From: an uncultured Candidatus Actinomarina sp.
GTDB lineage: Bacteria; Actinomycetota; Acidimicrobiia; Actinomarinales; Actinomarinaceae
Length of the DNA: 64,000 bases
Reading direction: 5' to 3'
NCBI GenBank assembly: GCA_902555985.1
Contig: CACDUI010000006.1
Span: 1,709 to 65,708 of the forward strand
The position numbers and the translations under genes were made by a program. This document shows, in pieces, positions 47,497 through 56,921 of this stretch; position 1 is the first letter of the stretch; each line of letters begins with the position of its first letter. A model generated the notes under the pieces. That model saw only the letters and a program-made list of their open reading frames with translations. It was not told where the DNA came from and ran no database searches.

Positions 47497-48086
47497 CCTT
47501 TAATTTCTAAAAAATATTCAGGCTCTTCATCAATTTTCCACTTTATATTACAACCCATACTTGGATATTGTGTAGCAACTGTTTCATTTGAATTCAGGTA
47601 TAGCTCTACTGCCTCATTAAGACTCTCTCCTGTAACAGGCTTATCATTTCCAGGTCTGGAAAAGTCAAATTGTCCTCTATAGATAAGCTCCGATTGTTTG
47701 TTGAAAAGAAAAAAGTCAGGCGTACATTGAGCTGTAAAGTTTTTAGCGACAGTTTGATCTTCATCCACAACATATGGGAATTGATAGCCTAGCTCAGATG
47801 CATACTCTTTCATTCTATCGATACTGTCTTCAGCATATTTTTCTTGAGAACTATCATTTGAGTTAATACCAATAACCCCAATATTCTTGCTCATCAAATC
47901 ATTTGTAAAACCAACTAGTCCAGCATTGATATGTTTAACAAATGGACAATGGTTGCAAATAAACATCACCAAAAGACCATTATTTTCTGAAAAATCAGTA
48001 TTTTTATAGTATTTTTCGTCAATTCCTCTTAAATTAAATTCTGGTAATTTAGTCCCTAAGGGCAACATTGTTGACTCTACGTCCAT
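47493..48086 (-). CDS. Thioredoxin-fold (redoxin/AhpC-TSA-like) protein
   Basis: FICNHCPFV motif within a thioredoxin-fold-length protein. Confidence 0.7.
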   Translation of the reverse strand: MDVESTMLPLGTKLPEFNLRGIDEKYYKNTDFSENNGLLVMFICNHCPFVKHINAGLVGFTNDLMSKNIGVIGINSNDSSQEKYAEDSIDRMKEYASELGYQFPYVVDEDQTVAKNFTAQCTPDFFLFNKQSELIYRGQFDFSRPGNDKPVTGESLNEAVELYLNSNETVATQYPSMGCNIKWKIDEEPEYFLEIKG

Positions 48087-48163
48087 TTTTCCTCACTTTT
48101 TATTAAATATTTCACAATTATACAAACTATGAGGGTTAATGAGACCTTGCTGTTTATGTTGAG

Positions 48164-48178
48164 TTACATAAAATGTAA
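48164..48178. promoter_or_regulatory. Perfect inverted repeat TTACAT-AAA-ATGTAA upstream of the mannitol PTS operon (candidate operator)
   Basis: 6-3-6 palindrome about 40 nt upstream of a TATAAT (48220-48225). A partial third copy TTCATGTAA follows at 48183-48191. Confidence 0.3.
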
Positions 48179-48285
48179 AAATTTCATGTAAATTAGCTGA
48201 ATCTCAAGAGAAAAATTCATATAATTAGAGAGATTATTTTATAAATTAATCAGTATAAAAATCAATCGTTAGGGGGATTGTAAAT

Positions 48286-49347
48286 ATGAAAGAATCCATA
48301 CAACGCGTTGGCGGTGCTATGTCAGGAATGGTTATTCCTAACATCGGTGCTTTCATCGCTTGGGGTTTGATTACAGCACTCTACATTCCAACTGGTTGGA
48401 CGCCAAATGAAGATTTGTCATCCATGGTTGGACCTATGATTTTGACCCTTCTTCCACTGTTATTAGGTTATACAGGTGGAAAGATGGTTCATGGTCATAG
48501 AGGTGGTGTGATCGGTGCAATTGTAACAACAGCAATTATTGTTGCTACATCTTCACCTCAGTTCCTAGGCGCTATGGTCATGGGACCAGCAGCAGCTTGG
48601 GTAATGAAACAAGTTGACGACAGATTACAAGACAGCATTCCTGAAGGCTTTGAGATGTTATATGATAACTTCTCACTAGGTATTTTGGGTTGGGGTCTTT
48701 CTGTTTTAGCTTACAATGTTATCAGTCCAGTACTTGATGCAATCACAGAAGCATTAGGAAATGGTGCAGCAGCACTTGTTGATAGTGGTTTAGTTCCACT
48801 TGCAGACATTCCTATTGAGGTTGCAAAAGTATTGTTCTTGAATAATGCTGTTAACCAGGGTGTACTTACACCTCTAGGTGCAGCAGAGTCAGCAGAAGCT
48901 GGCCAATCAATTTATTTCTTGCTTGAAACAAACCCAGGTCCTGGACTTGGATTGCTTCTTGCTTATTGGTTTGCTGGAACTGGAATGTGGAAAGAATCCG
49001 CTCCTGGCTCAATAATTATTCATTTCTTTGGAGGAATCCATGAAATCTACTTCCCATATGTCCTTGGTCATCCAATTATGATCATTGCAATGTGGGCTGG
49101 TGGAATTTCAGCTGACCTCTGGTTCGTAGCAACTGGAGCAGGCTTAGTAGGACCTCCATCGCCAGGAAGTATTTTTGCATACATTGCTATGCTTCCAAGA
49201 GGTGGGGCATTCCCAGTACTAGCTGGGGTAGCTATAGCAACAGCAGCATCAGCAGTAGTTGGTGTCATATTGCTAAGAGCACGTCCTATTAAAGAAACAG
49301 ACGCAGGTGTAGAAACTACAATCGAGAGTAATATACCAACTGTCTAA
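48286..49347 (+). CDS. mtlA: PTS mannitol-specific EIIC component
   Basis: VQRVGGAMSGMVIPNIGAFIAWG N-terminus typical of MtlA IIC. SD GGGGGA. Confidence 0.85.
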   Translation: MKESIQRVGGAMSGMVIPNIGAFIAWGLITALYIPTGWTPNEDLSSMVGPMILTLLPLLLGYTGGKMVHGHRGGVIGAIVTTAIIVATSSPQFLGAMVMGPAAAWVMKQVDDRLQDSIPEGFEMLYDNFSLGILGWGLSVLAYNVISPVLDAITEALGNGAAALVDSGLVPLADIPIEVAKVLFLNNAVNQGVLTPLGAAESAEAGQSIYFLLETNPGPGLGLLLAYWFAGTGMWKESAPGSIIIHFFGGIHEIYFPYVLGHPIMIIAMWAGGISADLWFVATGAGLVGPPSPGSIFAYIAMLPRGGAFPVLAGVAIATAASAVVGVILLRARPIKETDAGVETTIESNIPTV

Positions 49348-49367
49348 TTAAAACTATTAAGTTATAA

Positions 49368-49405
49368 TTGACTTGGGAAGTAAAATTCCCAAGTCAATTT
49401 TTTTT
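49368..49405 (+). terminator. Strong intrinsic terminator/attenuator hairpin between the EIIC and EIIB genes
   Basis: 12-bp perfect stem TTGACTTGGGAA / TTCCCAAGTCAA, 6-nt loop, then T8. The GGAGG SD of the EIIB gene follows immediately. Confidence 0.7.
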
Positions 49406-49415
49406 GGAGGAAATT

Positions 49416-49736
49416 ATGAGTTCAATTAAGGGTTCGGAAGTAAAAAAAATATGTCTCGCTTGTGAAGCTGGTGCTGGTTCAAGCTTGATGGTTAAAAATG
49501 GTCTTATTAAAAAAGCAAAAAAAGCAGGCCTAGATGTGGAGATTGTTCATGCTCCAGCAACACAAATACCTGCAGATTCAGACATTGTTGTATGTCATAC
49601 TGGTTTAGCAGGTGCAGCTAAAAATGCAGCACCAGAGGGATCCGTTTTAATTCAATTTACTATGTTTATGAATGATCCAAATTTAAAAAAATTAATTGTG
49701 GACTTATCAGAGGATAACGAGATAACTTCTTCATGA
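49416..49736 (+). CDS. PTS mannitol-specific EIIB component
   Basis: KKICLACEAGAGSSLM active-site Cys motif. ATG 49416 has GGAGG 5 nt upstream. The upstream track start at 49368 lies inside the hairpin. Confidence 0.8.
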   Translation: MSSIKGSEVKKICLACEAGAGSSLMVKNGLIKKAKKAGLDVEIVHAPATQIPADSDIVVCHTGLAGAAKNAAPEGSVLIQFTMFMNDPNLKKLIVDLSEDNEITSS

Positions 49737-50176
49737 GTCAAAAAAGTGTATTGATAAAAGAATCAATACTTACTAACAAAGTATTTTTGGATAATAAAGA
49801 GGCAACCATAGCCGCTGGAAATCTATTGCTTGAAAATGGTTATATTGAAAAAGAGTATATAGATTCAATGCTTGAGAAGCTTGAGACTCAATCTTTTGCT
49901 ACATATATCGGAAATGGTGTTGCAATACCACATGGAATGTCTGATGGGTCTAAATACGTCACTAATACGGGAATATCTGTCATTCAGGTGCCTGAAGGTG
50001 TTGACTGGAATGAAGAGAAAGCCTATATAGTTGTTGGCATAGCAGCAAACTCAGATGATCATATGAATGTACTGGCCTCCCTAGCAGATGCTATTGAAGA
50101 CTTAGAGGATGCAAAAAAACTTTGGAGTGAAACATCTGTAGAAAAAATATACGAACTTTTGTCTGAAAATTTATGA
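49733..50176 (+). CDS. mtlF: PTS mannitol/fructose-type EIIA component
   Basis: GNGVAIPHG phospho-His motif. Confidence 0.85.
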   Translation: MSQKSVLIKESILTNKVFLDNKEATIAAGNLLLENGYIEKEYIDSMLEKLETQSFATYIGNGVAIPHGMSDGSKYVTNTGISVIQVPEGVDWNEEKAYIVVGIAANSDDHMNVLASLADAIEDLEDAKKLWSETSVEKIYELLSENL

Positions 50177-51246
50177 AAACAGCTGTTCACTTTGGAGCTG
50201 GCAATATAGGTAGAGGATTCATCGCACCCATTCTTCAAGAAAATGAATATGAAGTAACTTTTATTGATATAAACAGTGAGTTAATTAAACAAATTAATAG
50301 TTTAAATAAATATAAAATAACTTCTTTGGGCCTAGAGTCTAATACTGATAAATACATTGAAAATGTAAATGGAATAGATTTAAATGACAACACTAAAGTT
50401 ACAGAAAAAATAGCAGCAGCAGATTTAATTACAACTTCAGTAGGTCCTAAGTTTGTAGACGAAATTTTTAAAATAATTTCAAATATTACAACCAATAAGC
50501 AACAATCATTTATTGCTTTTGAGAACATGTATCGTGCATCTACATCTAATTTAAATAACAGCAATAAAGACCGCATAAATTTAATTGATGCAGTTGTAGA
50601 TAAGATTGTTCCCCCACAAAAAAGCACGTCTCTAGATGTTTTAGTTGAGGAGTATGGATCTATTATTTTGGATGAAGAAACAAATATTAAACCTTTAAAT
50701 CAATCAGAAATTGTTTCGTATAAAAATTATGAAAACGAATTTTACAAGAAATTATGGTTGCTAAATGGTTTACATTTAAAATTAGCTTACTTTGGACTAT
50801 CTCAAAATTTGAAATTTATCCATGAGGTAATGCAGAATGAAGAAGGAAAAATTTTTGCTTCAGAATCTATTAATGCACTTGCTAAAGCATATAAAATATA
50901 TTCAGAAACTGATGAAAACTTAGAAACCTTTAGCAAAATTATACTTAATAGATTTTCTTTACCCGATCTTCAAGATGAGGTACGTAGAGTAGCTAGAAAC
51001 CCTGAAATTAAATTTTCTTTAAATGAAAGATTTGAACATCCATTAAGATACTTAATTTCTGAAGATGAAGAAATAAAAACTTTCAAAGAAGTATTAGATA
51101 TTATTTATAGTAATAATTTTGATGAAGTAGAAGGATTTAATAAGTTCAAACTCACAGAACTTATTAATGATAAAAAATCTTTTTATAATAAATTTTGGAA
51201 AATTGATACTAATATTCAAAAATACACAAAGAGACTTGGAGAATAA
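50173..51246 (+). CDS. mtlD: Mannitol-1-phosphate 5-dehydrogenase
   Basis: VHFGAGNIGRGFI N-terminal motif. Location in the mtl operon. Confidence 0.85.
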   Translation: MKTAVHFGAGNIGRGFIAPILQENEYEVTFIDINSELIKQINSLNKYKITSLGLESNTDKYIENVNGIDLNDNTKVTEKIAAADLITTSVGPKFVDEIFKIISNITTNKQQSFIAFENMYRASTSNLNNSNKDRINLIDAVVDKIVPPQKSTSLDVLVEEYGSIILDEETNIKPLNQSEIVSYKNYENEFYKKLWLLNGLHLKLAYFGLSQNLKFIHEVMQNEEGKIFASESINALAKAYKIYSETDENLETFSKIILNRFSLPDLQDEVRRVARNPEIKFSLNERFEHPLRYLISEDEEIKTFKEVLDIIYSNNFDEVEGFNKFKLTELINDKKSFYNKFWKIDTNIQKYTKRLGE

Positions 51247-51248
51247 TT

Positions 51249-51578
51249 ATGGCAATTACAAACGTTTTTGAAATCTTAATTTACCCTGGTTTGCATTCCA
51301 GGCCGGGCAAAGAATTTGTGAACATTTGCATGGAACATGAAAGTTCAGTAACAATTAAAATGAATGATAATGAATTTGATGGTAAAAGTTTTCTTTCACT
51401 TCTAAAAAACAAACCATCACAGTCAGAAATTATCCATTTAATAATTGATGGTAAAGATGAAAATGAATTAATGGAAAAAATAATAAACTTGGAAACTTTG
51501 TCACATAAAAGTAAAGAAGACTTTGACAGTGAAAATGAAGAATTATTGCAAGTTTTTAGATTGGTAGGAAATGAATAG
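51249..51578 (+). CDS. ptsH: HPr-family phosphocarrier protein with a C-terminal extension
   Basis: GLHSRPG (His-15 region) and GKSFLSLL (Ser-46 region). About 20 aa longer than a canonical HPr. Confidence 0.65.
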   Translation: MAITNVFEILIYPGLHSRPGKEFVNICMEHESSVTIKMNDNEFDGKSFLSLLKNKPSQSEIIHLIIDGKDENELMEKIINLETLSHKSKEDFDSENEELLQVFRLVGNE

Positions 51579-51849
51579 CGAATTGTATGATTTATTAATT
51601 AAATCTGAGAAAACTCAACAATCAGATGAATGGGACCTTCTATACAACAACCTTCCTGTAGTTATTGCAGAAGACGCAAACTCTCTGCAAGCTGCTTTAG
51701 AAAGGTTAGATGATGTTGGTGGGTATGGTTACGTTGCTACTTGGAAAAAGAATTTATTTGCTTTTAACACTAAGTTGCTATCAAAACGTTGTGGATTGAT
51801 CGATGAAAATGGGGGTTTGCTAAAAGCAGCAAGGGTTCCTAAGAATTAG
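51571..51849 (+). CDS. Hypothetical protein, last gene of the mtl/PTS operon
   Basis: 92-aa ORF overlapping the HPr gene by 8 nt. No motif recognised. Confidence 0.5.
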   Translation: MNSELYDLLIKSEKTQQSDEWDLLYNNLPVVIAEDANSLQAALERLDDVGGYGYVATWKKNLFAFNTKLLSKRCGLIDENGGLLKAARVPKN

Positions 51850-52127
51850 GTATTGTTTTTAAAGTTATAAATCTGCAATCTAATGATTTGAATTGTGTAC
51901 ATAGCGACTATTGTTATTCCAATTTTTATTATTTCTCTCATCCACCACAGGTTTTGAGGAATATCCATGTTGTTTCCAATAGACCCACCTACTAGACCCC
52001 CAACTAATCCAGATGAAATTAACAGTAAGTAATCTCTGCTACTTGCTCTTTTTAAAAATAAGGAAGCAATTAATCCGTAAACTAGCCATCCACCAAGAAG
52101 CGGGACTAAGGCATAAATTACTTGCAT
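51846..52127 (-). CDS. GlsB/YeaQ/YmgE-like small membrane protein
   Basis: Gly-rich TM segments (LVGGLVGGSIG). Confidence 0.55.
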   Translation of the reverse strand: MQVIYALVPLLGGWLVYGLIASLFLKRASSRDYLLLISSGLVGGLVGGSIGNNMDIPQNLWWMREIIKIGITIVAMYTIQIIRLQIYNFKNNT

Positions 52128-53374
52128 TATTTCTTTGCTATTTTCTTTACTATAAAAGATTCTATTCTTCTGTTATCCAACTCGGTTACGGTAACCTCTA
52201 AGCCGTCTATTGTGATCTTTTCACCTTCTGCTGGGAGCTGCTCAGAATGACTAAGGAATAATCCACCGACTGTTGCAATATCTTTTTCATTTGGCTCTAA
52301 ACCAAAAAACTCCTCAAAATCATCAATATCAGTTTTCCCATCAACCCTCCACTGACCAGGACCTAATCTTCTTATACCAAGGAACCTTTGATCGTGTTCA
52401 TCAGGTAAGTCGCCAACAAATTCCGATAGAACATCTTTTATTGTTATTACACCTTCTATTCCGCCATTTTCGTCAATTACACATGCAAAACTTGCTTTAT
52501 TTTCTCTCAAAATATTTAAAGCTGAAAGAACAGTTGTGTATTCAGGTAAGTAAATTACATCCTTTACTAAATTTTCTACTTCGATTGAATCAGAAGTAGA
52601 TTTTAAATTAAAGAGATCTTTTACATAAACAATTCCAAAAGTATCATCTAGAGATTCAGATTTTGATACAGGCATTCTTGATATTCTTTTTTCATCAACA
52701 ATTTTCTTTATATCACTCATCTCAATAGGAAGAGATAAAAACAAAACATCAACCCTAGGGGTCATAATTTCCTTAATAGGACGATCTGAAAAATCTAGCA
52801 ATGAGTCGATAATCTCTCTTTCAGCAGGGAGTATTTGCCCCTCCATTTCACCTAGAGCAGTTAACGCTTGTATATCAGCCTCAGTAATTTCCCCATCTCC
52901 ATCCATATCACCATCTCGAGAGGTTCTATCAATGGACTTAGTTATTAGGCTTGTAAAAGGTGCAAAGACTCTTGATAAAAAATCAATAATAAAAGCTGTC
53001 CTTGAAAGAAATCCTATAGGGTTTCTAGATGCAATAGTCTTTGGAGTTATTTCTCCCGCAATCAATACAAGTAGTGTAATCACAATTGTTGATAAAGCAG
53101 ATCCAGCTGTTTCATCTCCATCAAGAAAATTAACAAATAGAATTGTTGAAAGAGAAGCCATTAAAATATTTACAAAATTATTTGCAACAAGAATTCCACC
53201 TATTGTTTGTTCCAGATCATCTTTAGCTTTTTTTATTTTGTTATTTCTTTTTGATTCGGAAAGTTGATGAATCTTTTCTCTAGGTACATAGGTTATTGCA
53301 GTTTCTGAGCCTGAAAGCAAAGCAGAGAAAAACAAGCAGATTGCTATAAGTGCGATAATAAAATTAGTACTCAA
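52127..53374 (-). CDS. CNNM/CorB-type (DUF21-CBS-CorC_HlyC) hemolysin-family transporter
   Basis: N-terminal DUF21 (SGSETA), IMTPR followed by a CBS pair, and a C-terminal CorC/HlyC domain. Confidence 0.85.
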   Translation of the reverse strand: MSTNFIIALIAICLFFSALLSGSETAITYVPREKIHQLSESKRNNKIKKAKDDLEQTIGGILVANNFVNILMASLSTILFVNFLDGDETAGSALSTIVITLLVLIAGEITPKTIASRNPIGFLSRTAFIIDFLSRVFAPFTSLITKSIDRTSRDGDMDGDGEITEADIQALTALGEMEGQILPAEREIIDSLLDFSDRPIKEIMTPRVDVLFLSLPIEMSDIKKIVDEKRISRMPVSKSESLDDTFGIVYVKDLFNLKSTSDSIEVENLVKDVIYLPEYTTVLSALNILRENKASFACVIDENGGIEGVITIKDVLSEFVGDLPDEHDQRFLGIRRLGPGQWRVDGKTDIDDFEEFFGLEPNEKDIATVGGLFLSHSEQLPAEGEKITIDGLEVTVTELDNRRIESFIVKKIAKK

Positions 53375-53405
53375 TATGTATTATTGATTCTAGAATATTT
53401 TCTGT

Positions 53406-53729
53406 TTAAGTAAAAAGGTTTTTTAATTTAGTTTTTTCCAATGGTTTAAGTAAATAGCTGTCTGCACCTACTCTTTTAGCTTGAAAACTGTCAGCTTCTC
53501 TATCAATTAAAAGAACTATTGAAGAATCAATTACTTTCTCACTTCTTTTTAGCTCCCTTACTATGGAGGGTCCTCCATTATTGTTTACTTGCATATCTAC
53601 AAATATAAAATCAAAAGATATGTTGACATCTTTGGCATTATCCAAGTGAGTAAAGTTACATTCAAAGTCAATTAACTTAACTAGAGAATCCTTAACCCAA
53701 GAGTTATCAGTTATTAAGCAAATTTTCAC
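53406..53729 (-). CDS. Single-domain response-regulator receiver (CheY-like)
   Basis: IFVDMQV phospho-acceptor region and LLKPL lysine motif. GTG start. Confidence 0.55.
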   Translation of the reverse strand: MKICLITDNSWVKDSLVKLIDFECNFTHLDNAKDVNISFDFIFVDMQVNNNGGPSIVRELKRSEKVIDSSIVLLIDREADSFQAKRVGADSYLLKPLEKTKLKNLFT

Positions 53730-53770
53730 AGTTTTAAAAGACTACTATCCTATATATTTAAGTATATAAA

Positions 53771-54931
53771 ATGATAAAACTATTACCCATATTATTCTCA
53801 GTTGTCATAAATATTGCAAATGTCAATATTTTTGAAATAGAAGGTATTTTCTCTAGTGGGCACATCAATGCACTCAATCGATATGCTGAGGAAATTAAAG
53901 GTGATCAACAAGATCTTTTCATAGTGCAATACAATGCATCTGATATTAATTCTTCTTCTGTAAAAGACTTACAAGTTGTTTTAAAAAATATAAATACTCC
54001 AAAAGCTATTTGGGTTGGTCCAAACAAAAGGGAAGTCAAGATGAGTATTCTAAAAAATTTTGATTTTATTGGACTATCTCCAGGAACTGTAATTACAACT
54101 GATGAAGGAGTAAATGCCTTTGGAAATATCTGTCAATTTAATACTTGTACAGGGTCAGACGTACTAATTGATGCTGAAGAAGGCGTTTATCAAGACTATT
54201 TAGTAGTTGGTTCTATAGGAGCGTTTGTAGAAAAACTTGGCAGTCAAGATATACCCTCAAGATTAAGACCTATGTCATTGAGTTTTAATTTAAGTTCTGA
54301 AGAGATTGATCAAATTAGATTTATAAAGCCATCACTTTTTGAAAGATTTTATATAGCAATATCAAATCCAGTTTTTACTTATTTATTTTTTACTCTTGGC
54401 TTTGCGTTGATTGGATTAGAACTTTTTGCAATTGGGCCAGGGTTAATGGCATTTATTGGAGCACTATTGATAAGCTTTTCATCTATGACGTTTTACGAAT
54501 ACAATTTAAATTATTCAGGCTTAATTATATTTTTATTTTCTTTTTTGATTTTTATAAAAGTTCTATCAAGAGGATATTTTGGTTTACTAGGTATAACAGC
54601 ACTAATTGTCCTTCATAGTTCATCTTTAATTATGTTTTCAAATTACTTACTTCAAGTTAACCATTTTCTTTTAGCGGGATCTTCACTGGTAATAGCTTTT
54701 TTCTACTATATAGCGATTCCTACAGTCATTCGATCTCGTTTAACTACAGATACAAGTGCTATGTCTTCATTGGTTAATTCAGAAGTAATTTTGCTTGAAT
54801 TAATCAACAATAACCAAGCTTTGGTTAAGTTAAATGGAAAAAAGTTAGTTGTTGAAACAAGTAAAAACAATTCCTATATTTTAAAAAATGAGTATGAACT
54901 TCTTGAAGAAGATGGAAAACTGATTATCTAA
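53771..54931 (+). CDS. NfeD-like membrane protein (tentative)
   Basis: A soluble N-terminal domain, about 5 TM segments and a C-terminal OB-like tail. Architecture only. Confidence 0.45.
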   Translation: MIKLLPILFSVVINIANVNIFEIEGIFSSGHINALNRYAEEIKGDQQDLFIVQYNASDINSSSVKDLQVVLKNINTPKAIWVGPNKREVKMSILKNFDFIGLSPGTVITTDEGVNAFGNICQFNTCTGSDVLIDAEEGVYQDYLVVGSIGAFVEKLGSQDIPSRLRPMSLSFNLSSEEIDQIRFIKPSLFERFYIAISNPVFTYLFFTLGFALIGLELFAIGPGLMAFIGALLISFSSMTFYEYNLNYSGLIIFLFSFLIFIKVLSRGYFGLLGITALIVLHSSSLIMFSNYLLQVNHFLLAGSSLVIAFFYYIAIPTVIRSRLTTDTSAMSSLVNSEVILLELINNNQALVKLNGKKLVVETSKNNSYILKNEYELLEEDGKLII

Positions 54932-54939
54932 AGCAATAC

Positions 54940-54984
54940 TTCGCGAAAAAAATCTTTTTACAGACGATTTGAGACGTTTAATGT
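54940..54984 (+). promoter_or_regulatory. whiB-like gene promoter region: TTCGCGAAAAAAA element plus TTTACA-16-TAATGT
   Basis: Palindrome TTCGCGAA at 54940-54947. -35-like TTTACA at 54957-54962. -10-like TAATGT at 54979-54984, 6 nt before ATG 54991. Confidence 0.4.
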
Positions 54985-54990
54985 TTAAAT

Positions 54991-55245
54991 ATGCTTCAAA
55001 TTAAAGTTTCAACATGGCAGTATGATGCTCTTTGTAGACAACACAGTAGCAACTTGTTCTTTCCTCCTGCAACTTTTGAAAAAAAAGAAGATCGTGAAAA
55101 AAGAGAAGCAAAAGCAAAAGCTGTATGTAGTGGTTGCCCAGTCAAAATTGAATGTCTCGATGAGGCAAATGAAATATCTGAACCTTTTGGTGTTTGGGGT
55201 GGCATGAACGAGGTTGAGAGAAAAAGAGAAATAGTATACTTTTAA
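54991..55245 (+). CDS. whiB: WhiB-family transcriptional regulator
   Basis: Four Cys (C-x29-CSGC-x5-C pattern), GVWGG turn and a basic C-terminal tail. Confidence 0.9.
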   Translation: MLQIKVSTWQYDALCRQHSSNLFFPPATFEKKEDREKREAKAKAVCSGCPVKIECLDEANEISEPFGVWGGMNEVERKREIVYF

Positions 55246-56921
55246 TCAATTCTTCTTCTTAGACCTTCACTATTTATTTTCTTTGTAATCAATTGTCTAT
55301 CTAAAAACTCTAAAAATGGAATTGTATATTTTCTTGATAAATTAGACACTTCTTTAAATTCTTTTACTGAAAAATCCTGAGGCAGGTTTTCAATAATTTT
55401 AATTAAGTCACTTCTTTGCTTTTTAGAAATGATTAATTTTTCTGATACTCTAAATAGATAGCCATTCATAAAAAGCGACTTAATTGCTTCAGAATCATAT
55501 TTTTCTAATTCAATAATCTCAACATTCAAGCTATTACCCAATAAATTATTTATTTCGTTAAAAATATTTATATCAATATTTTTTACTAAATTTTTTGAAA
55601 CTTGATCTTTATTAATTTTTAAAGATGAAAAGTGTTTACTTAAATCATCAATTTCTTTTTCATCTACAAAAAAGTTTTCAAATAGATATTTTTTTAGTCC
55701 AAATTTATTTACTATTTCAATATTTGATTTTAAATTTTCTTCAACAGCAGCTAACTTCTCGTTAGCAATATATAACTCTCCGATTTTTTTATAAGCAATT
55801 TCATCTTTTGTAAAATATTCTGGAATCATTGTGAAGAATATTTCAGAGTCTACATTTTTTTGTTTTCTAAAATTTTTAACTATCTTTGATATTAGAAAAG
55901 TGTTGTTTGTAGAAAATATTACACTTCCGCCATTAAATGTATTTTTCGATAGGTTGTGTAGTAAAACTTTTTGGTAGTCAGGAGTGCATAAACTTTCTGA
56001 TAGGTGAATTATCCCAATTGTTTTTTTGTTTATGTTTATAGTTGTATATTTTTTGATAATTTGATTGTGAGTTCCGATAAAAAGTCTTAACGTACCTTTC
56101 CTAAACAAATTTTTTTCATCAGTTTCAGTGTTTATAAAAATAAAATTTTTAGATTTCACTTTTTTATTTGTTAACAAGTTTCCTTTTTTTATTTCATATG
56201 CATTATTTTTCTTGATAGATATGGCCAGTCTTGATGATGAAGAGCTTGATGAAATTATTTTTTTTCCGATAGTTTGAATTTCTCGAATATCTAATACAGA
56301 CTCTTGATTGCCAACAAATATGTTTTCGAATTCCATGTCTTTACTAGCTGTTCCTGTTACAACTTTCCCAATTCCCTCAATAGTAAAAACTCTATCAACC
56401 CACATTGAAGGAGGGTTACTAATGTTCTCAACTTTATTGAAAAATTCAAAAATACTTTTTTTTACTGTTAATTTATCACTATTTATCGAACTGAACTCTA
56501 TCACACCATATTGAAGATCTTTAAAGTTCCTCAATTTACTTTCTAAATCACTTACATTAAATGTAGATTCTTCTTTGTCTGTTTTTGTTAGGAAAAAAAG
56601 TAAGTTATTAATACCAAGTTTATACAATGATAAAAAATGCTCTTCTGACTGTTGAGACCAACCTTGTGTAGTGTCTATACAGAATAAAACACCATCTACA
56701 TTGGAAAAGCCATTTATTGTATTCTTAAAATAATCGGAATGTCCAGGTACATCTACAATAGAAAATATTTTGCTTTTATATTCGAAGTAGGTGTACCCAA
56801 GATTTATAGTTAGCCCACGCTGTTTTTCCTCTTTTAAACGATCTGTTTCTTGCCCAGTTAAAAAGTTTACAAGTGTAGATTTACCATGATCAACATGGCC
56901 AGCTGTTGCCAGAACGGTCAT
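55242..56921 (-). CDS. selB: Selenocysteine-specific elongation factor SelB
   Basis: ATAGHVDHGKSTL G1 motif, DVPGH, and a long winged-helix-rich C-terminal extension. Overlaps selA by 4 nt. Confidence 0.8.
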   Translation of the reverse strand: MTVLATAGHVDHGKSTLVNFLTGQETDRLKEEKQRGLTINLGYTYFEYKSKIFSIVDVPGHSDYFKNTINGFSNVDGVLFCIDTTQGWSQQSEEHFLSLYKLGINNLLFFLTKTDKEESTFNVSDLESKLRNFKDLQYGVIEFSSINSDKLTVKKSIFEFFNKVENISNPPSMWVDRVFTIEGIGKVVTGTASKDMEFENIFVGNQESVLDIREIQTIGKKIISSSSSSSRLAISIKKNNAYEIKKGNLLTNKKVKSKNFIFINTETDEKNLFRKGTLRLFIGTHNQIIKKYTTININKKTIGIIHLSESLCTPDYQKVLLHNLSKNTFNGGSVIFSTNNTFLISKIVKNFRKQKNVDSEIFFTMIPEYFTKDEIAYKKIGELYIANEKLAAVEENLKSNIEIVNKFGLKKYLFENFFVDEKEIDDLSKHFSSLKINKDQVSKNLVKNIDINIFNEINNLLGNSLNVEIIELEKYDSEAIKSLFMNGYLFRVSEKLIISKKQRSDLIKIIENLPQDFSVKEFKEVSNLSRKYTIPFLEFLDRQLITKKINSEGLRRRID

